Origin: Minisyncoccota bacterium
GTDB taxonomy: Bacteria > Patescibacteriota > Minisyncoccia > Minisyncoccales > Minisyncoccaceae
DNA: 60,427 nucleotides
Reading direction: 5' to 3'
Assembly (NCBI GenBank): GCA_028693895.1
Contig: JAQUUL010000001.1
Coordinates: forward strand, 1-60,427
Each line of letters opens with the position of its first letter. The first letter of the stretch is position 1. This document shows positions 27,839 to 36,794 of this stretch, piece by piece. Position numbers and translations under genes: made by a program. The notes under the pieces are model-generated. The model had not been told where the DNA came from and did not search any database. It saw nothing but the letters and a program-made list of their open reading frames with translations.

Positions 27839-28225
27839 ATGAAAAAACTTTATCGTTCAAAAAATGAAAAAATTATATGGGGAGTTTGTGGGGGTCTTGG
27901 AGAATATTTTCAAGTAGACCCAGTTTTAATGAGAATACTATTTATCCTTCTCTTTTTTGCTGGAGGAGCAGGATTGTTTCTTTATATTATTTTAGCAATA
28001 ATGATTCCTAATATTCAGGGAGAAGAAGATGTAAAAGAAAAAGAATTAACAACTCATAATGGAATTAAAGGTTTTTTAGGATTAGTAATTTCATTGATTG
28101 GTCTTAATATTTTATTCTCTAGTGTTTTTAATATTAATATATTTAATTTAATAGACTGGAAAGTATTTTTTGCAATTTTATTGATATTATTAGGAGTTAA
28201 AATAATTTTTGAAAATGAAAAATAA
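27839..28225 (+). CDS. PspC domain membrane protein
   Basis: LYRSKNEKIIWGVCGGLGEYFQVDPVLMRILFIL is the canonical PspC N-terminal motif, followed by TM segments. Confidence 0.75.
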   Translation: MKKLYRSKNEKIIWGVCGGLGEYFQVDPVLMRILFILLFFAGGAGLFLYIILAIMIPNIQGEEDVKEKELTTHNGIKGFLGLVISLIGLNILFSSVFNINIFNLIDWKVFFAILLILLGVKIIFENEK

Positions 28226-29027
28226 TTATCTATTTTTAGGTTTTTTTATTATCGTTTTCGGGATAATGTTAGTTCTTGGAAAAATAAATTTTTTCTTTAT
28301 TTTTCCAATTTTTTTAATATTTATCGGTTTGTCAATGATATCTAAAAAATCATTATTTTCTCTACTTTTTACGATATTTTTAATGATTGCATGTTTAAGT
28401 TTAGTAATTATAGATTCTTTTAAGGTAGAAAAAAAAGAAATTAAATTTTTGCCAATAGAAATTAACAATACTATTGAAAATGTTAATTTATTGATAGAGG
28501 CAGGAAATATTGAAATATCAAGCAATGATTCTAATAGTTTTATTTCTGGACACATTACAACAAATTTTTCAGAATACATTAAAAATGAGTACGACAATAG
28601 TATTTATTTATCTTTTACAGGATTAAGTTTTTGGAATAATGATGATAATCTTGTAAACAAAATAGATTTGTATATTAATGACAAAACAATAATTAATTTA
28701 GATAGTTTTTTATCTTCAGTTAAAATTAATAATATTGAGTTTGATGAAATAAGAATAAATAATACATCTTTCTCAAATATTGATATTTCAGTTAAGAATA
28801 GTTCAGAAATAGAAATAGAATCATTTGTAAGCTCTATTATAGTAAATATTCCTGAAGAAATAGGATTAAAAATAATTGATAACACCAAACAATCATCTCT
28901 TGATTTAGATAATTTAATTAAGGTGGCAGATAACGAATATCAAACACTTGATTATGAAGAAATAGAAGAAAAAGTAATTATTAAAATAAGTGGAGCTTTT
29001 TCTTCCTTAAACATTAATAATAAATGA
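28215..29027 (+). CDS. Membrane protein with a beta-strand-repeat C-terminal domain (LiaF/DUF4097-like, tentative)
   Basis: Three N-terminal TM segments, then repetitive I.I..N/S strands. Its position directly after PspC is typical of envelope-stress pairs. ATG at 28215 preferred over TTG at 28209. Confidence 0.35.
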   Translation: MKNNYLFLGFFIIVFGIMLVLGKINFFFIFPIFLIFIGLSMISKKSLFSLLFTIFLMIACLSLVIIDSFKVEKKEIKFLPIEINNTIENVNLLIEAGNIEISSNDSNSFISGHITTNFSEYIKNEYDNSIYLSFTGLSFWNNDDNLVNKIDLYINDKTIINLDSFLSSVKINNIEFDEIRINNTSFSNIDISVKNSSEIEIESFVSSIIVNIPEEIGLKIIDNTKQSSLDLDNLIKVADNEYQTLDYEEIEEKVIIKISGAFSSLNINNK

Positions 29028-30346
29028 ACATTTCTTTTTTTGGAGCATGTCGAGAAGTAACCGGTTCTTGTATTTTAATTGAAACAGAAAATACTAAGTT
29101 TTTGGTTGATTGTGGAATGTTTCAAGGAAAAAGTTATTATAAAAACTTAGATAATTTTCCTTTTAATCCTGAAGAGATTGATTTTGTTCTTTTAACTCAT
29201 GCCCACCTTGACCATTGCGGAAGGCTTCCAAAGATATTTATGGATGGTTTTCAAGGGAGGATATATTCAACTAAACCAACAAAAGATTTAACAGAAATTA
29301 TATTGTTAGACGCATTTAACATTGCAAAAAGAGAAAAGAAACCTTTTGTACATCCTTTATGTAAAGAAAAAGATATCAATAATTTAATGAATTTCTTTAC
29401 CTGTCTTAATTATGGAGAAGAAAGAGAAATTAATGATTGTATAAAAATAAGATTAAGAGATGCGGGTCATATATTAGGTTCTTCAATATTTGAAGTTTGG
29501 GTTAAGGAAGAGGGAATTACTAAAAAAATGGTTTTTTCTGGTGATTTAGGAAATCATCCCAATCCCATTGTTAATGACCCTGAATTTATAAATGATGCTG
29601 ATATTCTTTTTGTAGAATCTACTTATGGTAATAGGCTTCATGAGCCTAAGGAACAAGGCGAGAAAATTTTAATTGATAAGGTGAAAGAAACGATAAATAA
29701 AAAAGGGGTATTATTGATACCCGTTTTTGCATTAGAAAGGACCCAAGAAATTTTATATAGACTTAATAATTTATTTGAAAATGAAAATATTCAAGGAGTT
29801 TTAGTTTTTCTTGATAGTCCATTAGCACTGAAAGCTACGCAAATATACAAAAAGTATTTTAGTTTTTTTGATAAAGAAGCTAAAGAACTGATTAATTCTG
29901 GTGATGATATTTTTGATTTTAATGGTTTTGAAATAATTAGAAATAACTCTTCAAAAGCTATGGAAAGTGATAATCCAAAAATAATTATTGCTGGTAGCGG
30001 TATGTTTACCGGAGGAAAAATAGGGAAATATCTTAAAAGATATTTAGGAAATCCTTTAGCAAATCTTCTTATAGTTTCTTTTCAGATAGATGGTTCAATA
30101 GGAAGAAGAATGATTAATGGCGAGAAAAAGATAAATGTTGAAGGAAAAAAACTTGAAATTCGTGCGGATATTTCAACAATATTTTCTTTTTCATCGCATG
30201 CCGACTATGCAATGCTATTAGAGTGGACAAAAAAGATGTCTCCTAAAAAGATTTTTGTTATTCACGGCGAAGAAGACGCTAGTATTTATTTTGCAAACGC
30301 TATTGGAGGAATTGTTCCTAAAATTAATACTATTTACAATTTCTAA
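29024..30346 (+). CDS. MBL-fold beta-CASP ribonuclease-like hydrolase
   Basis: HAHLDHCG motif 2, DAGH, ESTYG, and a beta-CASP/RMMBL C-terminus (SSHAD...IHGE). Confidence 0.8.
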   Translation: MNISFFGACREVTGSCILIETENTKFLVDCGMFQGKSYYKNLDNFPFNPEEIDFVLLTHAHLDHCGRLPKIFMDGFQGRIYSTKPTKDLTEIILLDAFNIAKREKKPFVHPLCKEKDINNLMNFFTCLNYGEEREINDCIKIRLRDAGHILGSSIFEVWVKEEGITKKMVFSGDLGNHPNPIVNDPEFINDADILFVESTYGNRLHEPKEQGEKILIDKVKETINKKGVLLIPVFALERTQEILYRLNNLFENENIQGVLVFLDSPLALKATQIYKKYFSFFDKEAKELINSGDDIFDFNGFEIIRNNSSKAMESDNPKIIIAGSGMFTGGKIGKYLKRYLGNPLANLLIVSFQIDGSIGRRMINGEKKINVEGKKLEIRADISTIFSFSSHADYAMLLEWTKKMSPKKIFVIHGEEDASIYFANAIGGIVPKINTIYNF

Positions 30347-30397
30347 TAATAGTAATATAATGAAAATATAAAGAAAATAATAATAAATTAAAAGCTT

Positions 30398-31111
30398 ATG
30401 GAAAATAAAAATATATTAAACGGAGCTATAATTCTTGGTGTGTCATTTATCATTGGATTAATAATAGTATCTTGTTCATTAATTCAAATAAAGAGTTTTG
30501 ATAATGTTTTAGTTGTTACTGGTTCAGCTAAACAAATTGTAACTTCTGATACGGTAAAATGGAATGCTAATTTTACAAGAACAGTTTATGACTATGAATT
30601 GAATGAAGGTTACAATAAAATGAAAAACGATGAAACTGTTATTAGAAACTTTTTATTAGAAAAAGGAGTTAGTGAAAATGAATTTACAATTTCTCCTGTT
30701 TCTATGGATAAAGTATATAATTATGAAAAAACAAGTATCTCTGACCAATATACTTTAAATCAAAGTGTTATAATTGATTCAAAAGATATCAATAAAATTA
30801 CAGAAATATCAAAAAGTATTCAACCTATTATTGAAGCAGGAGTTATATTGTCAGCTCGCTCACCACAATATTTTTATAGCGGACTTTCAGAATCAAGGAT
30901 AAGTTTATTGCCAAAGGCTATGGAAGATGCTGAAAAAAGAGCAGAAAATATATCAGGCAGGAAGGTAGGATCTCTTAAGTCTGTAAGTATGGGAGTGGTT
31001 CAAGTTTTACAACCAAACTCAGTAGATATATCTGATTATGGAATGTATGATACTTCAACAATAGAAAAGGAGATTATGATTACAGTAAAGGCAACGTTTG
31101 CTCTAAATTAA
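30398..31111 (+). CDS. SIMPL (DUF541) domain protein, membrane-anchored
   Basis: N-terminal TM, size and beta-alpha pattern with V.G.A...V.SD...W. Tentative family call. Confidence 0.5.
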   Translation: MENKNILNGAIILGVSFIIGLIIVSCSLIQIKSFDNVLVVTGSAKQIVTSDTVKWNANFTRTVYDYELNEGYNKMKNDETVIRNFLLEKGVSENEFTISPVSMDKVYNYEKTSISDQYTLNQSVIIDSKDINKITEISKSIQPIIEAGVILSARSPQYFYSGLSESRISLLPKAMEDAEKRAENISGRKVGSLKSVSMGVVQVLQPNSVDISDYGMYDTSTIEKEIMITVKATFALN

Positions 31112-31124
31112 TTAATAAAAGAGA

Positions 31125-31161
31125 TAAAAAAACAGGAAATATGATGTTTCCTGTTTTTTTT
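31125..31161. terminator. Bidirectional terminator between convergent genes
   Basis: A-run, aacaggaaa / tatgatg / tttcctgtt 9-bp stem, then a T-run. Confidence 0.7.
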
Positions 31162-32014
31162 AATTCTTATTCCACAAATCTATAAAATAAATAAAATTTT
31201 TCTTAATTATTTCAATTGCCTCTTCTCTTGATATTTTATTATTTTCATAATTTTTAAGTGGTTCTAAAAATATTGTTCTTCCAATAGCAAATCCTATTAT
31301 TTCTTTAAAGTGAGATGCACTCTTCATCCAGCTTACCACCTTTTTTTTATTTTCACCTCTTCCTAAAAAGATTATCTTACTTTCTTTGTTAATATTTTTA
31401 ATAATTCCTTCCCACTGTTTCTTATTGAATCCTTCTAATTTCCAGATATTAACATTTATTACCTCCTTTATTTCATTAATTGCTTTTATTGTATTAATGT
31501 ATCTTGCTTTTTTATCATAATCTGGCAAGGAAGCTTCTTTAGACGTAGGAGGAACTAAAAGCTCTAATATAATTTTGTAGTTTAGTTGATTGATTTTTCT
31601 TAAAACATTAAGTTGTTTTTTATTAATATCAATATTGTTCGGATTATACCTAACTAAAACTTTAACATAATCTGGATTGAATTTATCAATATGTTCCTTA
31701 AAATTATTTCTAAATTCTAATTTCAACTCTTTTTGACCGCTTTTTTCTATAGGTATACAAATTTTTACCCCTAATTCTTTAGCATTAATTAAAATATCAG
31801 AGCCTAATTCCTCGTCAACTAAAATAGCAAAGTCTTTATTGTTTTTTGCAACTGAAAGAAAGGCTTCAAATATCATTTTTTTCATATCTTTAGCCTTGTT
31901 TTTTTGAGGTTTATTCAAAATATCTTTTAAAAAAGATGAGCGATGATCAAAAGGTAATATTATTAATTTATTTTCCATTTGATGAATAATAACACTTGAT
32001 TGTTTTAAATTCAA
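31160..32014 (-). CDS. TIM-barrel aldolase-like protein (DUF2090/LacD-like, tentative)
   Basis: The N-terminal ILPFDHRSSF motif resembles class I aldolase-like families. The true start may be the internal Met (MENKLII) at 31978. Confidence 0.35.
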   Translation of the reverse strand: MNLKQSSVIIHQMENKLIILPFDHRSSFLKDILNKPQKNKAKDMKKMIFEAFLSVAKNNKDFAILVDEELGSDILINAKELGVKICIPIEKSGQKELKLEFRNNFKEHIDKFNPDYVKVLVRYNPNNIDINKKQLNVLRKINQLNYKIILELLVPPTSKEASLPDYDKKARYINTIKAINEIKEVINVNIWKLEGFNKKQWEGIIKNINKESKIIFLGRGENKKKVVSWMKSASHFKEIIGFAIGRTIFLEPLKNYENNKISREEAIEIIKKNFIYFIDLWNKN

Positions 32015-32030
32015 GAGATATAATCAGTTT

Positions 32031-33053
32031 ATGAAAAGAAATACTTTTTTATTTTTATCTTTCATTCTTTTTATTTTTTGTCTTTTCCAGTTATCAAATT
32101 TAAGCTTTGAAGATAATGCTAATCAATCTTCTTTTGTTGACATAGCAATAGAAGAAGAAACAGATATTTCAACAGAAAAAATTGTCTTTGTTGGTGACAT
32201 GATGTTTGATAGAGGAGTTGAGAGATTAATGATTAAGTCAACCTTTACTTATCCTATAGAGCTTATTAAAGGATTTTTAAGTGATTTTGATTATGTTATT
32301 GGAAACTTAGAGGGTCCGATTAATGAAGAGCCAGAAGACTTTACAGACGCTTCAATGACTTTTTCATTTGATAAAAGGATTTTGGAGTCATTAAATAACT
32401 TTTCTGTTGTTTCATTAGCAAACAATCATACTCTTAATACAGGAAAATCAGGACTAGAAGAAACAAGAGAAATTTTAAGAGACGCTGGTATTGGTTTCAC
32501 GGGCGATCCAACTACCTGTGGTATTGAAAATATATATCAAAAAGACGGATTTGCTTATTTTGGAATAAATAAAACATATTCTTTTAATTGTTCAAATAAA
32601 GAAATATCAGATTCTATTAAGGAGTATAAATTTTATAACCCAGAATCCTTTTTAATTATATTGATTCATTGGGGAAATGAATATGAAGATGTTAATTCTG
32701 TATCTCAACAAAAACTTGCAAGGCTAATGATTGATTCTGGAGCAGATTTGATTATAGGAGGACATCCTCATGTTGTTCAAAATATTGAATTATATAATAA
32801 TAAGTTAATATTCTATTCATTAGGTAATTTTATATTTGACCAGTATCCAATCAAAGAAACATTGAAAGGTTTAGTTGTTGGTTTAGAGGTTTATTCAGAT
32901 TATAAAAAATATAATCTTTACCCAATAGAAAATATCATTCTTTCTAAACCACAGTTAATGAAAGATAAAAAAGACTTTTTAGAAATAATTGCTTCAAATT
33001 CAAGTGAAGAAATAAGAGATTCAATAAAAGATGGCTTTATAATTATCAATTAA
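32031..33053 (+). CDS. CapA family metallophosphatase-like protein
   Basis: VGDMMFDR, GNLEGP, LANNH, HWGNEY and GGHPHVVQ motifs, with an N-terminal signal/anchor. Confidence 0.7.
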   Translation: MKRNTFLFLSFILFIFCLFQLSNLSFEDNANQSSFVDIAIEEETDISTEKIVFVGDMMFDRGVERLMIKSTFTYPIELIKGFLSDFDYVIGNLEGPINEEPEDFTDASMTFSFDKRILESLNNFSVVSLANNHTLNTGKSGLEETREILRDAGIGFTGDPTTCGIENIYQKDGFAYFGINKTYSFNCSNKEISDSIKEYKFYNPESFLIILIHWGNEYEDVNSVSQQKLARLMIDSGADLIIGGHPHVVQNIELYNNKLIFYSLGNFIFDQYPIKETLKGLVVGLEVYSDYKKYNLYPIENIILSKPQLMKDKKDFLEIIASNSSEEIRDSIKDGFIIIN

Positions 33054-33054
33054 A

Positions 33055-33999
33055 ATGGATATTATTAAAAAAATAAAAGAAGCAGGACTGAAAGGAAGGG
33101 GTGGTGGAAGTTTTTCAACAGCTTTAAAATGGGAATTAGCTAAAAAAGCGCAAGGGAAAGAAAAGTATGTTATTTGTAACGCTGCTGAGGGAGAGCCAAA
33201 TGTTTTTAAGGATAAATATATTTTAGATAATTATTTAGAAGATGTTATTAATGGAATTAAAATTGCTAAGAATTTTATCTCCGCTAAAAGTGCTTATATA
33301 TATTTGAATAAAAATTACACTATTAGTGAAGATATTGGAGATATTATTATTTTTAAAAAGGATTCAGGATATATTGGAGGAGAAGAAACATCTATTTGTG
33401 AGGCAATTGAAGGAAAAAGAGTTGAACCAAGAAGAAAGCCTCCTTTTTTAACAGAGTCTGGATTATTTGGATGTCCTACCTTATTAAACAATGTAGAAAC
33501 TTTTTATTGTGTTAGTAAGATTGCAAAAGGTGAATATAACCATTCTAGGTTTTTTTCTATAAATGGTGATGTTCTAAATCAAGGAGTGTATGAACTAAGA
33601 GAAGATATTACTATTTTTCAAGCATTGAAAGAAACAAAAAATTATCCGGAATTTGATTTTTTTGCTCAAGTTGGAGGAGGTGCCTCAGGAGAAATAATGC
33701 TTCCTCAAGAATTAAACAGGCCAGTTTTTGGAGCAGGTTCAATTACTATATACAATAGAGAAAAAACAGATAAGTATGAATTAATGGAAAAGTGGGCAGA
33801 ATTTTTTCACACAGGAAATTGTGATAAATGTGTTCCTTGTAGAGAAGGTGCTTTTAGGATATACGAAATGATAAAAGAAAGAAATATAGATTATGATAAA
33901 TTAGATAGTATCTTTTTTAGCCTTAAAAAATCAAGTTTTTGTTCTTTAGGGAAAAGTATACCACTACCTTTTGAAAGCTTAATCAAAAAAATAAGATGA
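33055..33999 (+). CDS. Compact NuoF/HydB-like NAD(H)-binding FMN flavoprotein
   Basis: GLKGRGGGSFSTALKW, CNAAEGEPNVFKD, GGEETS, RRKPPF...PTLLNNVET, and the 4Fe-4S motif CDKCVPCREG...C. Confidence 0.75.
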   Translation: MDIIKKIKEAGLKGRGGGSFSTALKWELAKKAQGKEKYVICNAAEGEPNVFKDKYILDNYLEDVINGIKIAKNFISAKSAYIYLNKNYTISEDIGDIIIFKKDSGYIGGEETSICEAIEGKRVEPRRKPPFLTESGLFGCPTLLNNVETFYCVSKIAKGEYNHSRFFSINGDVLNQGVYELREDITIFQALKETKNYPEFDFFAQVGGGASGEIMLPQELNRPVFGAGSITIYNREKTDKYELMEKWAEFFHTGNCDKCVPCREGAFRIYEMIKERNIDYDKLDSIFFSLKKSSFCSLGKSIPLPFESLIKKIR

Positions 34000-35663
34000 T
34001 TAAATTAAAAATTAACAACATAGAGGTTTCAGCAAAAAAAGGAGAGTCTATTTTAGATGTTGCAATTAGAAATGGAATAAAAATACCAGCTGTCTGTAGG
34101 CATAGTGACTTAGAACCACAAAGTAGTTGTAGATTGTGTTTAGTTTCAATCAAAGGAAGAGATGGATTTTTTACTTCTTGTTCAACAAATGTTGAAAATG
34201 GAATGGAAATAATAACTGATTCTCCAGAAATAAAAAAATTAAGAAAAATTAATTTAGAATTATTATTTTCTCAACATATAGAACAGTGCAGTCAATGTAA
34301 TTGGAAATATAAATGCAAACTTTTGTCCTTAGCAAAAGATTACAATATTAAAATAACAAAATTTAACGATAGAAAAAAAAGTTTTAAAGAAAAAAAGTTT
34401 GGGCCGTCTATAGTTTTTGATAGTTCAAAATGTATTGATTGTAAAAATTGTGTTCAAATGTGTGAAAAACAAGGAATAGGGTATTTGACAGTAAAAGAAA
34501 AAGACGGGTTTTTTCAAGTAGTTACAGACTCGTCAAAAGAATGTGTTTATTGTGGGCAATGTATAACTCATTGTCCAAGTGGAGCCTTTGAAGAAATAAG
34601 CTCAATCGAAAAAGTTGAAAAAGCTCTTGAAAAAAAGTATGTTATTTTCCAATTTGCTCCTGCAATTAGAAGTAGTATTGGTGAAGAATTTAATATGCCT
34701 TATGGTTCTATAAGCACAGGAAAGCTTGTTTCTAGTATCAAAAAATTAGGAGCGAAGAAAGTTTTTGATGTTTCTGTTAGTGCAGATGTTACAACAATAG
34801 AAGAAGGAAATGAATTAATTGAAAGATTAAATAATGGGAAAAACCTTCCAATGTTTACTTCTTGTTGTCCATCTTGGGTAAGATATGTTGAAATATATAA
34901 GCCAGAAATAGTTAAAAATTTAACCTCAGTAAGATCTCCCCATATAATTTTAGGAGGGTTGATTAAAACATATTTTAGCGAAAAGGAAAAAATTAACCCT
35001 AAGAATATTATTGTTGTTTCTGTAATGCCGTGTACATCTAAAAAATACGAGATATTAAGAGATGAATTAAAAGTAGATGGATTAAGGCCAGTAGATTATG
35101 TTTTAACAACTAGAGAGTTAGGAAAGTTGATTAAGAAAAATAATATAGATTTTAAGAATATAGAAGAAGACGCTCTTGATTCTCCTTGGAATAAGCCTAC
35201 AGGTGCAGGAGTTATATATGGAAATACAGGTGGAGTTATGGAATCTGCATTAAGAACAGTTTATGAAAAATTAACAGGAAAGAAATTAAAAAATATTAAT
35301 TTTAAAGAAGTCAGAGGTTTAGAAGGAGTCAAAGAAGCAAAAGTTAAGATAGGGAATAAAAATATAAATGTAGCTGTAGTTAATGGATTGGGAAACATTA
35401 ATAAAATTGATTTAAAAAAATATGAATATATTGAAGTTATGGCATGTCCCGGAGGTTGTATTGGAGGAGGGGGACAGCCAATACCGATTAATAATGAAAT
35501 AAGAAAAAAAAGAGCACAGTCATTATACAAGATAGATAGCGGAGATAGTGTAAGGATGGCACACGATAGTTTAACAGTTAAAATGATATATAAAGAATTT
35601 CTAAATAATAAAAAAAATATACATAAAACTTGTCATACAACATATTTTCCTAAAAATAAATAA
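33996..35663 (+). CDS. hydA: [FeFe] hydrogenase catalytic subunit, M3 architecture
   Basis: N-terminal 2Fe-2S fold, HxxxCxxCxxxxxC, two CxxCxxCxxxCP ferredoxin motifs, and H-cluster motifs FTSCCPSW, MPCTSKKYE and EVMACPGGCIGGGGQP. Confidence 0.88.
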   Translation: MIKLKINNIEVSAKKGESILDVAIRNGIKIPAVCRHSDLEPQSSCRLCLVSIKGRDGFFTSCSTNVENGMEIITDSPEIKKLRKINLELLFSQHIEQCSQCNWKYKCKLLSLAKDYNIKITKFNDRKKSFKEKKFGPSIVFDSSKCIDCKNCVQMCEKQGIGYLTVKEKDGFFQVVTDSSKECVYCGQCITHCPSGAFEEISSIEKVEKALEKKYVIFQFAPAIRSSIGEEFNMPYGSISTGKLVSSIKKLGAKKVFDVSVSADVTTIEEGNELIERLNNGKNLPMFTSCCPSWVRYVEIYKPEIVKNLTSVRSPHIILGGLIKTYFSEKEKINPKNIIVVSVMPCTSKKYEILRDELKVDGLRPVDYVLTTRELGKLIKKNNIDFKNIEEDALDSPWNKPTGAGVIYGNTGGVMESALRTVYEKLTGKKLKNINFKEVRGLEGVKEAKVKIGNKNINVAVVNGLGNINKIDLKKYEYIEVMACPGGCIGGGGQPIPINNEIRKKRAQSLYKIDSGDSVRMAHDSLTVKMIYKEFLNNKKNIHKTCHTTYFPKNK

Positions 35664-35665
35664 AT

Positions 35666-36130
35666 ATGAATAAATCAATTTCAATAACATCAAATTTAGT
35701 AATAGTTCAATTTTTAATACTTTTCTTGGTTTTATTCTGTGCTCCTTTTATAGGAAATCAATTTATAACAGGAACAATTGTTAATGCTACTTTAATCATT
35801 TCTTTTTTTCTATTGGGTAGAAGTAATGCACTTTTACTTTGTTTTTTACCAAGTATCATCTCTTTAGGACTAGGGTTTATGCCTTTAGCAATTATAGTTC
35901 CTTTTATTATGATAGGTAATATATTTTTTGTTTCTGCCTTTAGCGTTATTAAAAATTATTGGATAGCTTTAATCGCGGGTGGAATTATTAAAGCCTCTTT
36001 TCTTTTTGTTTTTGCTAACATATTAGTTAATAACGATATTGTTTCTTCAATGATGAGTTGGCCTCAAGTTGTTACGGCAATGCTGGGCGGGGTTCTTGCC
36101 TATTTTATAATTAAAAAATTGGAATTTTAG
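35666..36130 (+). CDS. Small polytopic membrane protein of unknown function
   Basis: About 5 hydrophobic segments, starting 2 nt after the hydrogenase stop. Confidence 0.5.
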   Translation: MNKSISITSNLVIVQFLILFLVLFCAPFIGNQFITGTIVNATLIISFFLLGRSNALLLCFLPSIISLGLGFMPLAIIVPFIMIGNIFFVSAFSVIKNYWIALIAGGIIKASFLFVFANILVNNDIVSSMMSWPQVVTAMLGGVLAYFIIKKLEF

Positions 36131-36180
36131 ATATTTTTTGCTATAGTATTATTAATATAATAAGTTAATATAATATATAT

Positions 36181-36510
36181 ATGACATTTCAAGAATATCA
36201 AGAAAAAGCGAGAGAAACAGCTATTTATCCTAATAAAGACAATAATTTTATATATCCAACTCTTGGTTTAGTTGGGGAGGCGGGAGAAGTAGCTGAAAAA
36301 ATTAAAAAAGTAATAAGAGATGATGGAGGAATTATCTCAGACGAAAAAAAGTCAGAAATTACTAAAGAATTAGGAGATGTTTTGTGGTATATTGCAAATC
36401 TATCTAAAGAAATTGATGTTTCTCTTGATGATGTTGCTCTTAAAAATATAGAGAAGCTTCAATCGAGACAACAGAGGGGAGAGCTTCATGGAAGTGGAGA
36501 TAATAGATAA
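36181..36510 (+). CDS. MazG-like nucleoside triphosphate pyrophosphohydrolase (all-alpha NTP-PPase)
   Basis: GLVGEAGEVAEKIKK...ELGDVLWY motifs (EexxE ... D). Confidence 0.75.
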   Translation: MTFQEYQEKARETAIYPNKDNNFIYPTLGLVGEAGEVAEKIKKVIRDDGGIISDEKKSEITKELGDVLWYIANLSKEIDVSLDDVALKNIEKLQSRQQRGELHGSGDNR

Positions 36511-36515
36511 TACTT

Positions 36516-36794
36516 ATGAAGAATTTTTTTATAATTAATATTTTTGATAATTATGTTAAGAACATTAGCGGTAATTGGTGGATAGTTTTCCTTACGGGTT
36601 TAACAGCGGTAGTTTTAGGAGTTTCTTTTATAATTTGGCCGATAGAAGCTATGAAAATAATAATATACTTTATTGGATTAGTTATTATTGTTGTTGGATT
36701 GTTTTATATAAAAAATAGTTTTACGATTAAACGAATAGGGAAAAAATATGAAAATCTTAAAGAAGACATTAAATCAAGATTTGAACAAGATTAA
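36516..36794 (+). CDS. Small two-TM membrane protein (DUF308/HdeD-like, tentative)
   Basis: WWIVFLTGLTAVVLGVSFIIWP plus a second TM helix. Confidence 0.4.
   Translation: MKNFFIINIFDNYVKNISGNWWIVFLTGLTAVVLGVSFIIWPIEAMKIIIYFIGLVIIVVGLFYIKNSFTIKRIGKKYENLKEDIKSRFEQD

Noticed and set aside
28226-28888. Two minus-strand ORFs (123 and 94 aa) opposite the LiaF-like gene
   Set aside because: The plus-strand ORF is translationally coupled to PspC upstream and the beta-CASP gene downstream, and has clear TM segments. The minus-strand products are low-complexity mirrors.
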